Source: Verrucomicrobiaceae bacterium
GTDB lineage: Bacteria; Verrucomicrobiota; Verrucomicrobiia; Verrucomicrobiales; Akkermansiaceae
Direction of reading: 5' to 3'
DNA: 64,000 nucleotides
NCBI GenBank assembly: GCA_051252135.1
Contig: JBPOGH010000018.1
Coordinates: 1 to 64,000, forward strand
The notes under the pieces were generated by a model. The model did no database searches. It was not told the origin of the DNA and worked only from the letters and a program-made list of their open reading frames with translations. Positions 19,520 to 29,219 of the stretch are shown here, in pieces. Made by a program: the position numbers and the translations under genes. Every line of letters starts with the position of its first letter. The first letter of the stretch is position 1.

Positions 19520-20218
19520 TTAGGCGCGTTGGCGGCGGAGGATGAGGAGGCCGGCGGCGAGGGAGCCGAGGAGGATGGACGAGGGTTCGGGGACGGACTC
19601 GGGGGCGCGGAAGTAGAGGCCGTTGAAGCTGTGATTTTTATCGATGTCCATGGTGTAGATGTTCTGGTTGGTGAGCATGACGACGCCGATGGTGGGGGAG
19701 CTGGTGCCGATGCCGCCGCCGTGGATTTCGTAGGTGAGGTCGATGGTGTCGTAGATCCAAGAGGGCATGTCATCCGGAGCGATGGAGCCGCCGCCGCCGG
19801 TGCCGGAGCCCCAGGTGGCGGTGGGTTCGTCGAGCCAGGCGCCGATGTTGGAGCCGCCGGCATCGAAGGCCTCGATGGTGATGGACTCGGAGGCTCCGGT
19901 GTCGACATCGCTGAAGAGGAGCATGGTGCCGGCGGGGAGGTATCCGGCGGCGAGAGAGGTGAAGTCGATGGAGGCGAGGCCGTTGCTTCCGTTGTTTGGG
20001 GCGATGCCGGTGGCGGTGGCGGTGCCGATCCAAGGGGAAGCGGCGGGGGTGGTCCAGGTGCCGGTGAAGGTGCCGGGGCTGGAGGCGATGGTGAAAATGA
20101 CGCCGGGGGAGGTGGCGAGGTGGTTGCCGGGATCGGGGAGGTGATCGCCGCTGCCGAGGAGGACGGCGGAGTGGCAGAGGAGGGTGGAGGCAGCGAGGAG
20201 ACCGATGGTGATTTTCAT
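19520..20218 (-). CDS. PEP-CTERM sorting domain protein
   Basis: Signal peptide; C-terminus VPEPSSILLGSLAAGLLILRRQRA. Confidence 0.9.
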   Translation of the reverse strand: MKITIGLLAASTLLCHSAVLLGSGDHLPDPGNHLATSPGVIFTIASSPGTFTGTWTTPAASPWIGTATATGIAPNNGSNGLASIDFTSLAAGYLPAGTMLLFSDVDTGASESITIEAFDAGGSNIGAWLDEPTATWGSGTGGGGSIAPDDMPSWIYDTIDLTYEIHGGGIGTSSPTIGVVMLTNQNIYTMDIDKNHSFNGLYFRAPESVPEPSSILLGSLAAGLLILRRQRA

Positions 20219-20290
20219 GGTTCGTGATGATGTTGGATTGAGGCCGTTAGTGGCTCTTGTCCTCTTCATCGCGAAGTGGTCAGGGGAATG

Positions 20291-21964
20291 TCATTTTTCT
20301 TCGAGAAAGGTGCGGATGGCTTGTTGATCGGCGGCGGGGAGGGTGCTGATCCATTGTTGGGCTTCCTCGGGGGCGTAGTTATTCCACCGGGAGACAACGA
20401 CGGCGGCGCTTTGGGTGCGGGTGTCTCCGGGGGGGAGTTGTTCGACGAAGGCGGCGGCTTTGGCGGGGTGGGATTTCGCCCAGGTGGAGGCGAAATTTGA
20501 GTAGATGGTGGGTTTGGGCCAGTTTGCTTCGGGAAAGGGGGAGTTGGCTTGGTCGAGGAGGATGTGTCTGAGGAAGTCGGTTTTATCGGTGGAGATGGCG
20601 GAGAAATTTGCGGCGATTTGGAGGCGCTCGCTTTGAGGGAGTTGATCGTAGGTGACGATGGCGGCGGCTTGCTCGGAGGGGGTCCATTTGGGGATCCTTT
20701 GGTATCCGCCGCTCCTTTCTTTGAGATAGGAGATGAAGCTGGCGGAATCGGTTAGGTCGGGGGCTTTGGGGGTGGTGTAGACGTTGGCTTCGGCTGCGAT
20801 GGACTCGACAGCGGTGGTGAGGGACTGGAGATTGGGGTCGGTGATGCCGGCGAGGAGGGAGTTGAGGAGGGTGGGATTGTCGTTCCAGTGGCGGAGGAGG
20901 GTTTTGAGGAGTTTTTCCTTTTGGTTGGTGGGAAGGAAGTTGCCGTTGAGGAGTTGCCGGAGTTCGGGGGCGGCTTTGGTGTCGTAGTAGTTTTGAGTCA
21001 ATCGAGAGTGGAGTCGCTGCAGTTCTGATTCGTCGAGGGGGAGGGCGGAGGGGTTATCCATGAGGAGTTTGAGGCCGGCCGCGTTGTTGAGGAGGTGGGG
21101 TTTGGTGGTGAGGAGTTCTTTGAACCAGCCTTGGGGGAGTTGGTGGCGGTGTTGGGAGAGGAGGGCGACGAAGTCTTCCCGGTGATCGAGGTATCGGGAG
21201 GAGTCGATGAGGTCGCGGAAGCCGAGCCCGGCGTCGAGGAGGGAGGAGATGGCTCCAGTGAAATCGCTTTTTAGGGTGGAGGCGGTGTGGGCGTGGAGGA
21301 GGTCGTTGTGGATGGAGGGGGGGAGTTGGTCGCGGAGGGCGAGGAAGCGGGTGGGGTCGAGGTTTGCGAGGGTGGAGAGGATGTTTCTGGTTTGGTAGGA
21401 GTTGAGGTTGAGGAAGTCGAGGTGGTGGGTGGCGATTTGGAAGGCGAGGTCGGGGTTGGTTTTTCCGTTTTGTTTGATGGCTGCGGCGAGGAGGCTGTGG
21501 GCTTCGTTAGGGGAGAGGGTTTTGGCGAAGGTGGTGGCGGCGGAGGGGTCGGTGGCGGTCCAGTGGGCGAAGTAGGTGGAGGCGCGGTTGTAGTTGAGGC
21601 GGGTGGCCCAGGTCATGAAGGCGCGGGGGTCTTCGGCGAGCCAGCGCTCGGAGGTGATGGACCAGAAGAGGTTTTCGAGTTCGGGGTCGAGTCCGGTGAA
21701 GGATTGGGAGCGGTGGAGGGCGGGGATTTCGGAGACGGGGATGGTGGAGATGAGGGCGATGAAGTGGCGGACGCGGTCCTGATAGGAAGTGACTTTTCGG
21801 GCTTCGCGGATGCGGGGGTCATCGTGGCGGGAGGTGGCTTGGGTGCGGGTGCCGGTGCTACGGGGGAGGGTGGCGGTGGGGTCACCGGTTGTGCTGTGGG
21901 TACCGGGGTTGGTGAGGAGCCAGCCGAGGGTGGCGGCGAGGAGGAAGAGGAGGGCGGTCTTCAT
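20291..21964 (-). CDS. Membrane-anchored helical-repeat protein (WxxxDPxAA repeats)
   Basis: N-terminal TM; WLAEDPRA, WTATDPSAA, WAKSHPAKAA repeats; overlaps the upstream stop. Confidence 0.75.
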   Translation of the reverse strand: MKTALLFLLAATLGWLLTNPGTHSTTGDPTATLPRSTGTRTQATSRHDDPRIREARKVTSYQDRVRHFIALISTIPVSEIPALHRSQSFTGLDPELENLFWSITSERWLAEDPRAFMTWATRLNYNRASTYFAHWTATDPSAATTFAKTLSPNEAHSLLAAAIKQNGKTNPDLAFQIATHHLDFLNLNSYQTRNILSTLANLDPTRFLALRDQLPPSIHNDLLHAHTASTLKSDFTGAISSLLDAGLGFRDLIDSSRYLDHREDFVALLSQHRHQLPQGWFKELLTTKPHLLNNAAGLKLLMDNPSALPLDESELQRLHSRLTQNYYDTKAAPELRQLLNGNFLPTNQKEKLLKTLLRHWNDNPTLLNSLLAGITDPNLQSLTTAVESIAAEANVYTTPKAPDLTDSASFISYLKERSGGYQRIPKWTPSEQAAAIVTYDQLPQSERLQIAANFSAISTDKTDFLRHILLDQANSPFPEANWPKPTIYSNFASTWAKSHPAKAAAFVEQLPPGDTRTQSAAVVVSRWNNYAPEEAQQWISTLPAADQQAIRTFLEEK

Positions 21965-23460
21965 GGGGCCTCGGGGTTGGATGGAAGGAGGGCGCGTTCC
22001 GCGGGGGTGGCCCGGGGGCTGGTGAGGTATTCCCGGGCGGCTTGGGGTTGGTATTTTATCCAGTTTTGGACGGTGGCGTTGATGAGGTTATTGCGTTGGT
22101 TGGATTCGATTTGGCGGCTCCAGGCGAGGAGGGATTCGAAGTCGGCGTGGGGGCTTTTGATTTGGTTTTTGACGAGGGTGGCGCTGAGGGTGTCGCGTTG
22201 GGGGCCGGGGGGGATGTCCTGGAGCCACTCGATGCTTTCGGTGGGTTGAAGCTCGAGCCATTGCGCGAAGCCTTGGGCCTGGGGTGGAGCGGTGGGGGAG
22301 GACCAATCGGAGTGTTGGCCGAGGAGCTGGAGGGTGGCTTGGGGGTCGTCGAGGAAGACGGATTTGAACCAGGTTCTGGTGGTCAGGGCGATGTGGTTGA
22401 AGGGGTCATCTGAGATGGCGGGAGGGAGTTGGCCCTGGTGTTCGCGGTAGAGGGTGTCGAGGATCTCGCGGGCTTTGGCGGGGTTTGAGCGGGCGAGGGT
22501 TTCTCCGATTTTGTAGAGCATGGTGCTTTGGGGTTGTCCGGTGTGGGACAAGGCGAGGGCGAGGGCTTGGTCGGGATCTTTTTGGGCGAGGGTTTGGATT
22601 TGGGCGGCGAGGAGGTTGAACTTGAAGGAGCCGGTTTCAAGGTTGGCGATTTGTTTTTCGAGGAATTCGGGATTGTGCTCGAGGAGGAGGGGGACGATGT
22701 CGGTGAGTTGGTTTTGGGCGAAGTCCTGGTTTTCAAGGCACCAGGCGAAGGCGGCTTGGGGGTCGGTGGCGGTCCATTTGAGGAGTTTGTCGGGATCGGA
22801 GTAGTGGTGTTGGGCGGCGAAGGTGAAGGCTTCGGCGGGGTTGATGTCGAAGAGGCCTTCGAAGATGCCGCCGTAGGAGGTCCATTCCCGGGATTTATTG
22901 AGTCGGTCGAGGACTTCGAGGGCGCGGTAGGGGTCGTGTTGGCCGATGGCGCGGATGACCATGGAGAAGTTGTGGGTGTTTTGGGGGTCGACTTGGGCGA
23001 GTGCTTTGTCGGGGTCCTTGCGGCCGAGGGCCCACCAGAAGCGGTATTCCTGGTTGGTGCCCTGGAGGTGGGCGAGGGCGGAGTCGGGGTCTTGCTGGAC
23101 CCACATGAGGGTGACCTGGTCGAGCTCGCGCATGTCGGAATTTCCGGCGGCGATGAGGGCGTCCCAGTGGGCGGCCAATTGGGCCGGGGTGGCGGTGAGG
23201 GACCAGAGGGCGGTCTCGGCATCGCGGTGGGCGCCGGGAGGGAGGGCGAGGATTTGGGAGGAGGAGAGGTCTCCCTGAATGCCCCAGCCGGGGGTGAGGG
23301 GGAGGGTGACGGTGGCGGAGGAGGCTGGGGTGCCGGAGGAGGCGAGCGGCTCCGGTGGGGGCGGTGTTTCCGGAGGTGAGGTGAGGGTGTGCTTCCCGAT
23401 CACTCCCAAGGCAAGGCCGGCGAGGGCTGCGATGAGGGGTGAGCGGATATCTCTGGTCAC
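21961..23460 (-). CDS. Membrane-anchored helical-repeat protein (WxxxDPxAA repeats)
   Basis: N-terminal TM; WVQQDPDSA, WTATDPQAAFAW, AQKDPDQA repeats. Confidence 0.75.
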   Translation of the reverse strand: MTRDIRSPLIAALAGLALGVIGKHTLTSPPETPPPPEPLASSGTPASSATVTLPLTPGWGIQGDLSSSQILALPPGAHRDAETALWSLTATPAQLAAHWDALIAAGNSDMRELDQVTLMWVQQDPDSALAHLQGTNQEYRFWWALGRKDPDKALAQVDPQNTHNFSMVIRAIGQHDPYRALEVLDRLNKSREWTSYGGIFEGLFDINPAEAFTFAAQHHYSDPDKLLKWTATDPQAAFAWCLENQDFAQNQLTDIVPLLLEHNPEFLEKQIANLETGSFKFNLLAAQIQTLAQKDPDQALALALSHTGQPQSTMLYKIGETLARSNPAKAREILDTLYREHQGQLPPAISDDPFNHIALTTRTWFKSVFLDDPQATLQLLGQHSDWSSPTAPPQAQGFAQWLELQPTESIEWLQDIPPGPQRDTLSATLVKNQIKSPHADFESLLAWSRQIESNQRNNLINATVQNWIKYQPQAAREYLTSPRATPAERALLPSNPEAP

Positions 23461-23463
23461 GGC

Positions 23464-26112
23464 TTACTCAGGCAGGGGGTTTTCGAGGCTGAAGTAGGTG
23501 AGGAGGCTGGCGGCTCCTTGGCCGACTTTTTCGATCTCGGCCTGGATGACGGCGGCCTGTCCTTTGAGGTTATCGGCCTCGAGTCTTGTCTTGATGTCGA
23601 GGAGTTTGCCGAGGAAGGCGTTGCGCATGTTGAGGAGGTCGGTCTGGAGCTTGTTGTTGAAGCGAAGCTGGCGATCGAGGGCGGCGGCGTGGATTTTGAG
23701 GACGTCGGCGGGGAGGTTGACGGTGGTGAGCTCGGCGGGGACGATGCCGTCGTCGGTGAGTTCCTCTTTGACGGCTTCGATTTTTACGCCGTGGGCATCG
23801 ATGGTGGATTTGGGTTGGCTGCGGAGCCAGCCGTTGAGTTCCCAGATGTAGTCCTTTTGGTTACCCTTGAGTCGGTCGGTGTGGGAGTCGAGGGCGCGGC
23901 GGAGGGCTTTTTTGACGAGGGGGGTGAGGGCGGCGAGGTCGGCCTGCTGTCCACCGGCGGCGGGGGTGTTGGTGGAGGTTTCGCGGACGGCGGAGTTTTT
24001 GTCATCGCTCCATTCGATGAGGAATCCGGCGGCGAGGAGGGGCTCGTTGGGGTCGGCGTCATCCCAGCCGGTGTTGTCGCCATCGACGAGGAAGCGGAGG
24101 GCGGTGTCGGAGGAGTCGCCATCGGGCGAGTTGGGGGCCCAGTCGGGTTTTTGCCAGGTTTCGCCGGTGGACCAGGTCCAGAGGTCGCCCTTTTTGACGC
24201 CCCCGAGCCAGGCGGCCTGTTGTTGTCCGAGGTAGGCGGTGAGGGTTTCGCGGATGAAGTCGGTCTCGCGGGCATCGGAGGCGACGGCGAGGTGTCCGCC
24301 GCCGAGGGTGGCGATGAGGTCCGCTTCTTCCCAGGGGAGTGAGCGTTGGACGAGGAGGTAGTTCCGGGCTTGTGAGGAGAGGGTTCCGGGAGGCCAGGCG
24401 GGGCTGGGGGATTTGAGGGTGCCCTGGAGGCGTTCGAGTTGGGCTTCGAGGGATCCGGTATTGATTCCGTCCTTGGTCCATTGGAGGAAGAAGGGGAGGA
24501 GTTCTCCGTTGGGGCGGGCCTGGATGACTCCGGTATCGGTCATGGCGGCGCAGGATCCTACGGCGGTGGAGGGCTTGGAGTGGGACCATTCCTCACCGGT
24601 GACCCAGCCCCAGTTATCGGAGCCGAGGGCGCCGCCGCCGATCCAGATGCGGCGGTTATCGCCCATGCGTTGGGAGAACCAGGCGAGTTCGGATTGGGAG
24701 GTGGGGGTGGCGAGGTGTGCTCCGTATTGCTCGGCATATTGTGCGGCAGCGGACCATGACATGGGTTGTTCGATGAGGAAGACGCTGCGGTCTCCGTAGG
24801 TGATGGTGCCTTTGGGGAAGCGGTTGCGGGCACCGCCCTTGAGGTTGTCACGGAGGTCTTCGAGTTGTTCGAGGGGGGGCTTGTCCGGGACTTCGTGGAT
24901 GTCGGAGGCCATGCGTTCGGCGGCGGCGATCTCGCGGGCGCGTTTTTCTTCGGCCAGTTGTTTTTGTTTGGCGGCGGCTTCTGTGGCGAGTCTGCGTTGA
25001 GCTTCTTGTTCGAGGGCGCGGTTTTGTTTTTCGATGCGCTCGTTCTCGGCGGTTTTGGTGCGCTCGGCGTCCTTATCCTTAAATTTGCCCCAGGCGAAGA
25101 TGAGGACGGGGATGAGGAGGGCGATGATCATCAGGTTCCTGATGAAGGGCCAGTTGGTGCTGGGGGCGACGGAGAGGACCTGGGGAGGGGCGGGGGCGGC
25201 GTCTGCGGGTTCCCGGGGGGCTTGGGGTGCGGGGGCGGCGAATTTTTTGGGGGCAGCGGCGACGGTGGTGGCGGCAGGGGAGGCGGTGACGAGGGATTTG
25301 CTGGAGGCCAGGGTGGAGGCGATGGCTTTCAGGTCTGCGGCCATTTCGGTGGCGTCCTGATAGCGTTCGGCGGGATTTTCCTTGGTGGCCTTGCGGATGA
25401 TGCGGTCGATCCGGGGATCGCATCGGGCTTGCCGTGAGGCGGGGCGGGGGTCGTCATCCGGCATTTGGCCGGTGAGGAGTTGGTGGAGCATGACGCCGAT
25501 GGCGAAGATGTCCGAGGGTTTGCCGACGTTGGCGGCATCAATGAGGATTTCGGGTGCGGCGTAGCCGGGGGTGCCGTAGACGATGCCTTCTTCGTCCGAT
25601 TCATCGGATGCGCTGGCGAGGCCGAAGTCGCCAATTTTGGCGTGAGCTCCCTGGTCGAGGAGGATGTTGGCGGGCTTGATGTCGCGGTGGATGATGTTGT
25701 GATCGTGGGCGTGGGCGAGGCCTTCGCAGACCTCGGTGATGAGCTTGATGGCGACGGCCTGATCGATCTTTTTATTGTAGGATGAGTAGTAGAGGGATTT
25801 TCCCGGGACGTGCTCCATGACGATGTAGGGCATGCCGTCCGCTTCACCGAAGTCATAGATTCCGATGAGGTTGGGATGGTTGAGCTGGGCCATGGCGCGG
25901 GCCTCGGCGGCGAATTGCTTCCGGAATGATTCATCGGCGAACTCGGCGGGAAGGAGTTTGATGGCGACTTTTCGATCGAGGGAAGTTTGGACGGCCTCGT
26001 AGACGGCGCCCATGCCGCCGACAGCGATGAGCTGGGTGACATCGTAGCTGGGGATGAGCGCGGAGAGTTCTTCGGGATCGGGCGCTTCAAAGGTAATCGG
26101 TTCGTCACTCAT
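23464..26112 (-). CDS. Hanks-type Ser/Thr kinase with TM and two C-type-lectin-like extracytoplasmic domains
   Basis: GGMGAVY, VAIK, HRDIKPAN, DFG, GTPGYAAPE; TM; SWSAAAQYAEQYGAHLA and PWEEADLIATLGGGHLA lectin-like motifs. Confidence 0.88.
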   Translation of the reverse strand: MSDEPITFEAPDPEELSALIPSYDVTQLIAVGGMGAVYEAVQTSLDRKVAIKLLPAEFADESFRKQFAAEARAMAQLNHPNLIGIYDFGEADGMPYIVMEHVPGKSLYYSSYNKKIDQAVAIKLITEVCEGLAHAHDHNIIHRDIKPANILLDQGAHAKIGDFGLASASDESDEEGIVYGTPGYAAPEILIDAANVGKPSDIFAIGVMLHQLLTGQMPDDDPRPASRQARCDPRIDRIIRKATKENPAERYQDATEMAADLKAIASTLASSKSLVTASPAATTVAAAPKKFAAPAPQAPREPADAAPAPPQVLSVAPSTNWPFIRNLMIIALLIPVLIFAWGKFKDKDAERTKTAENERIEKQNRALEQEAQRRLATEAAAKQKQLAEEKRAREIAAAERMASDIHEVPDKPPLEQLEDLRDNLKGGARNRFPKGTITYGDRSVFLIEQPMSWSAAAQYAEQYGAHLATPTSQSELAWFSQRMGDNRRIWIGGGALGSDNWGWVTGEEWSHSKPSTAVGSCAAMTDTGVIQARPNGELLPFFLQWTKDGINTGSLEAQLERLQGTLKSPSPAWPPGTLSSQARNYLLVQRSLPWEEADLIATLGGGHLAVASDARETDFIRETLTAYLGQQQAAWLGGVKKGDLWTWSTGETWQKPDWAPNSPDGDSSDTALRFLVDGDNTGWDDADPNEPLLAAGFLIEWSDDKNSAVRETSTNTPAAGGQQADLAALTPLVKKALRRALDSHTDRLKGNQKDYIWELNGWLRSQPKSTIDAHGVKIEAVKEELTDDGIVPAELTTVNLPADVLKIHAAALDRQLRFNNKLQTDLLNMRNAFLGKLLDIKTRLEADNLKGQAAVIQAEIEKVGQGAASLLTYFSLENPLPE

Positions 26113-26203
26113 ATGAGAATCGTGGTGTGTGCGGAGGGTGAAGGATGTTGGGGGAGCGAGGCAATCCTTGAATTCTGTTTCGAATGCTCCATTTGTGGGG
26201 CGG

Positions 26204-26587
26204 ATGATGAACGAAGAGGAGTTATTCGCGGTAATTGGCGAGGATGGATTTGGCCGATTGACGGCCAATTTTTATGAGCGGGTGAAGGAGGACGATTTGA
26301 TTGGTCCGATGTATCCTGATGGGGATTGGGAGGGATCGGAGGAGCGGTTGAGGGAGTTTTTGTTGTTCCGCTTTGGGGCGGATCCGCGGTATTTGGAGAA
26401 GCGGGGGCATCCGAGGTTACGGGGGCGGCACATGCCCTTCCGGATCGGGGTGGCGGAGCGGGACCGCTGGCTGGAGATGATGGGTGCGGCCGCGGAGGAG
26501 GAGATCGCGGATGTGTCTGCGCGAGAGACGCTTATGAGCTTCTTTGGGCAGGTGGCGGACTTTATGAGGAACACGCCTGAGGGGTGA
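26204..26587 (+). CDS. Truncated hemoglobin (group II-like)
   Basis: FYERVKEDDLIGPMYP, RGHPRLRGRH.PFRIG..ERDRWL. Confidence 0.9.
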   Translation: MMNEEELFAVIGEDGFGRLTANFYERVKEDDLIGPMYPDGDWEGSEERLREFLLFRFGADPRYLEKRGHPRLRGRHMPFRIGVAERDRWLEMMGAAAEEEIADVSARETLMSFFGQVADFMRNTPEG

Positions 26588-27346
26588 TCATTTGATGGTG
26601 ATCACGTTGGGATCTTTTTTGGGGATCCCGCTTGGGGTGAGTTTTTTATCGGGGATTTTGAGGAAGTCGGGGCCGGTGATGTCGCTATCGCCGAGGCGGA
26701 TGATGTTATCGAGGTGGCCGTCGAGGGAGGCGGTGCCGGTGCCGAGGTGGACGAGGCGCTCGTCGCGCTTGCGGCGGATGTGGAGGACGTAGCCGAGGCC
26801 TTTGTGGCCCTGGCTGAAGGTGTCATCGCTAAAGGCGGTATCGGTGCGGTAGATGTTTTCGATTTTCTTGAAGCGGATGGTTTTTTTGCCTTTGGCGGGA
26901 ACGGAGAGGGTGGCGACCTGACGGGCGAGAACTTTGTAGAGGTTCCGGTCCTTGATGGAGCGGCCGATGAGGTAGTAGATGACTTCCGCTTCTTCCAGGT
27001 CCTTGGTGGAGCTGAAGTTATTCAGTTCGACGCTCATTTCGTAGGTCTGGGTGGCTTCCTTTTCGAAGTAGTCGCGGTCGGTGCTGGTGCCGCGGACGAA
27101 GTCGACGTCGATCTCCATGCGGGGGACCTGGTCGGCGACCCAGGTTTTGATCCACTCCTGGTCTTTGGCGCTGAGTCGGTTGAGTGAGACTTTGCTGATC
27201 TTACCGCCCTCGAGGCGAAGCGAGGCGACGCCATTTTTGACCTGAACGAGTTCTGCGGTGAGGGGTCGGCCTTTGGTGTCGGTGAAGACGCGAGGGGAGG
27301 CGCAGAGGGGAAAGGCTGCGGCCAGGAGGAGGAGAATGGCTCTCAT
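26588..27346 (-). CDS. Secreted SHD1-domain protein
   Basis: Signal peptide; RVFTDTKGRPLTAEL..LSAKDQEWI. Confidence 0.75.
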   Translation of the reverse strand: MRAILLLLAAAFPLCASPRVFTDTKGRPLTAELVQVKNGVASLRLEGGKISKVSLNRLSAKDQEWIKTWVADQVPRMEIDVDFVRGTSTDRDYFEKEATQTYEMSVELNNFSSTKDLEEAEVIYYLIGRSIKDRNLYKVLARQVATLSVPAKGKKTIRFKKIENIYRTDTAFSDDTFSQGHKGLGYVLHIRRKRDERLVHLGTGTASLDGHLDNIIRLGDSDITGPDFLKIPDKKLTPSGIPKKDPNVITIK

Positions 27347-27415
27347 TGCTGTTAGGAATAGTATCACAAGCACTCTCTTCTTTCAAAAAGTAAGTCCGGG
27401 ACCTAGCCTGAAGCT

Positions 27416-28237
27416 GTGAGTGGTGGTGAACATGCCTTCTTGAAATTTATTCTGGTGGCGACGGTGATCGCCTTCTTTGGGATTGCGTTGCCGGGGTATT
27501 GGTTGATTCGGCGGATGTGGCCCGAGAGTGGCTGGAATCTGGGGGGGAGTGTGAGCACGGCGGCGATCCGGGGGGTGGACTTGTTGGTGACGGGATTTTT
27601 TGTGTTGATGGTGGTGGGGATGTGGAAGATGGCGCCTGAGGTGGCGGCGAAGGAGGTGGAGCTCTCGGCGGGGGGGATTTTTGGGTCGGCGGTGTTTCAG
27701 TTGGTGTTGGCGGGGATTGTGCCGTTGGTGTTGTGGCGGCGGGTGAATGTGGTGGAGTTTTTTGGTCTGCGTTGGCTGGAGTGGCGTCGTATTTTCTACA
27801 TTGTGCCGGTGTTTTTGGTGTTGATGACGGTGGCGGCGTTGTTGTTGCAGGCGAGCGGATGGCCGGAGTGGACGCAATCGAAGTTTGGAGCGGGATCGCA
27901 GGAGAGTGTGAGGTTGTTGGGGGAGACGAGGGAGGTGGGGGTGATTTTGGCGATGGTGTTTGCGGCGGTGATTGTGGCTCCGATTGCGGAGGAGGTGATT
28001 TTTCGGGGGTATCTTTATCCGGTGGTGAAGTGCTTTAGTGAGAAGTGGTTTGCGGGGTTGTTTACGGCGATGTTGTTTGGGGTGGCCCATGTGAATTTGA
28101 TGGGGTTTCCGATGTTGGTGTTGATTGGGTTGGTGTTGGCGATTTTGTATGAGAAGACGGGTTCGCTGTGGCCGTCGATCTTATGTCATATGGCGTTTAA
28201 CGGGATGACGGTGGTGGTAATTTTCAGTTCGCGATGA
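27416..28237 (+). CDS. CPBP (CAAX/Abi) intramembrane metalloprotease
   Basis: APIAEEVIFRG, FGVAH, HMAFN. Confidence 0.9.
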   Translation: MSGGEHAFLKFILVATVIAFFGIALPGYWLIRRMWPESGWNLGGSVSTAAIRGVDLLVTGFFVLMVVGMWKMAPEVAAKEVELSAGGIFGSAVFQLVLAGIVPLVLWRRVNVVEFFGLRWLEWRRIFYIVPVFLVLMTVAALLLQASGWPEWTQSKFGAGSQESVRLLGETREVGVILAMVFAAVIVAPIAEEVIFRGYLYPVVKCFSEKWFAGLFTAMLFGVAHVNLMGFPMLVLIGLVLAILYEKTGSLWPSILCHMAFNGMTVVVIFSSR

Positions 28238-29133
28238 AGACGGTGGGAGAGATGGGGGAAGACCCGTTGATTGAGCGACTCTGCGCGGGGCTGGAGTCGG
28301 CGCCGGAGGTGTTGATTGGTCCGGGGGATGATTGTGCGGTGGTGGATACGGGGAAGGTGCTGACTTTGCTGAAGACGGACGCGGTGGTGGAGGGGGTTCA
28401 TTTTTTGAGGGAGGCCCCGGCGCGGCAGGTGGGGTGGAAGGCGGTGGGGAGGGTGTTGAGTGATTTTGCGGCGATGGGCGGCCGGCCGGCGGAGTTGCTG
28501 GTGACGCTGGCGGTGGCGAAGGGGACGCCGGTGCGGTGGGTGACGGATCTTTATGCGGGGATGCGGCAGTGTCTGGGGTTGCACGGGGGGGTGATTGTGG
28601 GGGGGGAGACGACCTCGCTTCCGGCGGGTGCGCCGGTGATGATTTCGATCGCGGGTCGGGGATTGGTGGGGCGGGAGCAGTTGGTGACGCGGGCGGGCGG
28701 GAAGCCGGGGGATGTGATTTTTGTGACGGGGAGGCTGGGCGGTTCGATCAAGGGGAAGCATCTCACCTTTACGCCGAGGGTGGCGGAGGCGGGGTGGTTG
28801 ACGGGGAATTTTCGACTGCGGGCGATGATGGATTTATCGGACGGGTTGGCGAAGGATTTGCCGCGATTGGCGAAGGCGAGTGGTTGCGGTTATGAGGTGG
28901 ATGTTGATGGGGTGCCGCGGACGCGCGGGGTGTCGCTGGAGCAGGCGTTGGGGGATGGGGAGGATTATGAGTTGTTGTTTACGGTATCGGCGAGGACGGC
29001 GAAGAGGCTTGAGGAGGGGTGGGGGAAGGAGTTTCCGGAGCTGGAGCTGAGTAGAATCGGGAGGCTGACGGACGGGGAGGGTGATTGTTTGTTGGGAGGG
29101 TGGGATCATTTTTCCCGTGAGGCGGGTGACTGA
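28234..29133 (+). CDS. thiL: Thiamine-monophosphate kinase
   Basis: GPGDDCAV, VEGVHF, SDFAAMG, VGGET, MMDLSDGL, GEDYELLFT. Confidence 0.95.
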   Translation: MKTVGEMGEDPLIERLCAGLESAPEVLIGPGDDCAVVDTGKVLTLLKTDAVVEGVHFLREAPARQVGWKAVGRVLSDFAAMGGRPAELLVTLAVAKGTPVRWVTDLYAGMRQCLGLHGGVIVGGETTSLPAGAPVMISIAGRGLVGREQLVTRAGGKPGDVIFVTGRLGGSIKGKHLTFTPRVAEAGWLTGNFRLRAMMDLSDGLAKDLPRLAKASGCGYEVDVDGVPRTRGVSLEQALGDGEDYELLFTVSARTAKRLEEGWGKEFPELELSRIGRLTDGEGDCLLGGWDHFSREAGD

Positions 29134-29219
29134 AATTGGGGGAATGGTGGCTTGTGCCGGGCCATTTATTTTTCAACACCCCTTCCGCGCGTATGTGTGA
29201 TCGAGATTTGAAAAAAGGA

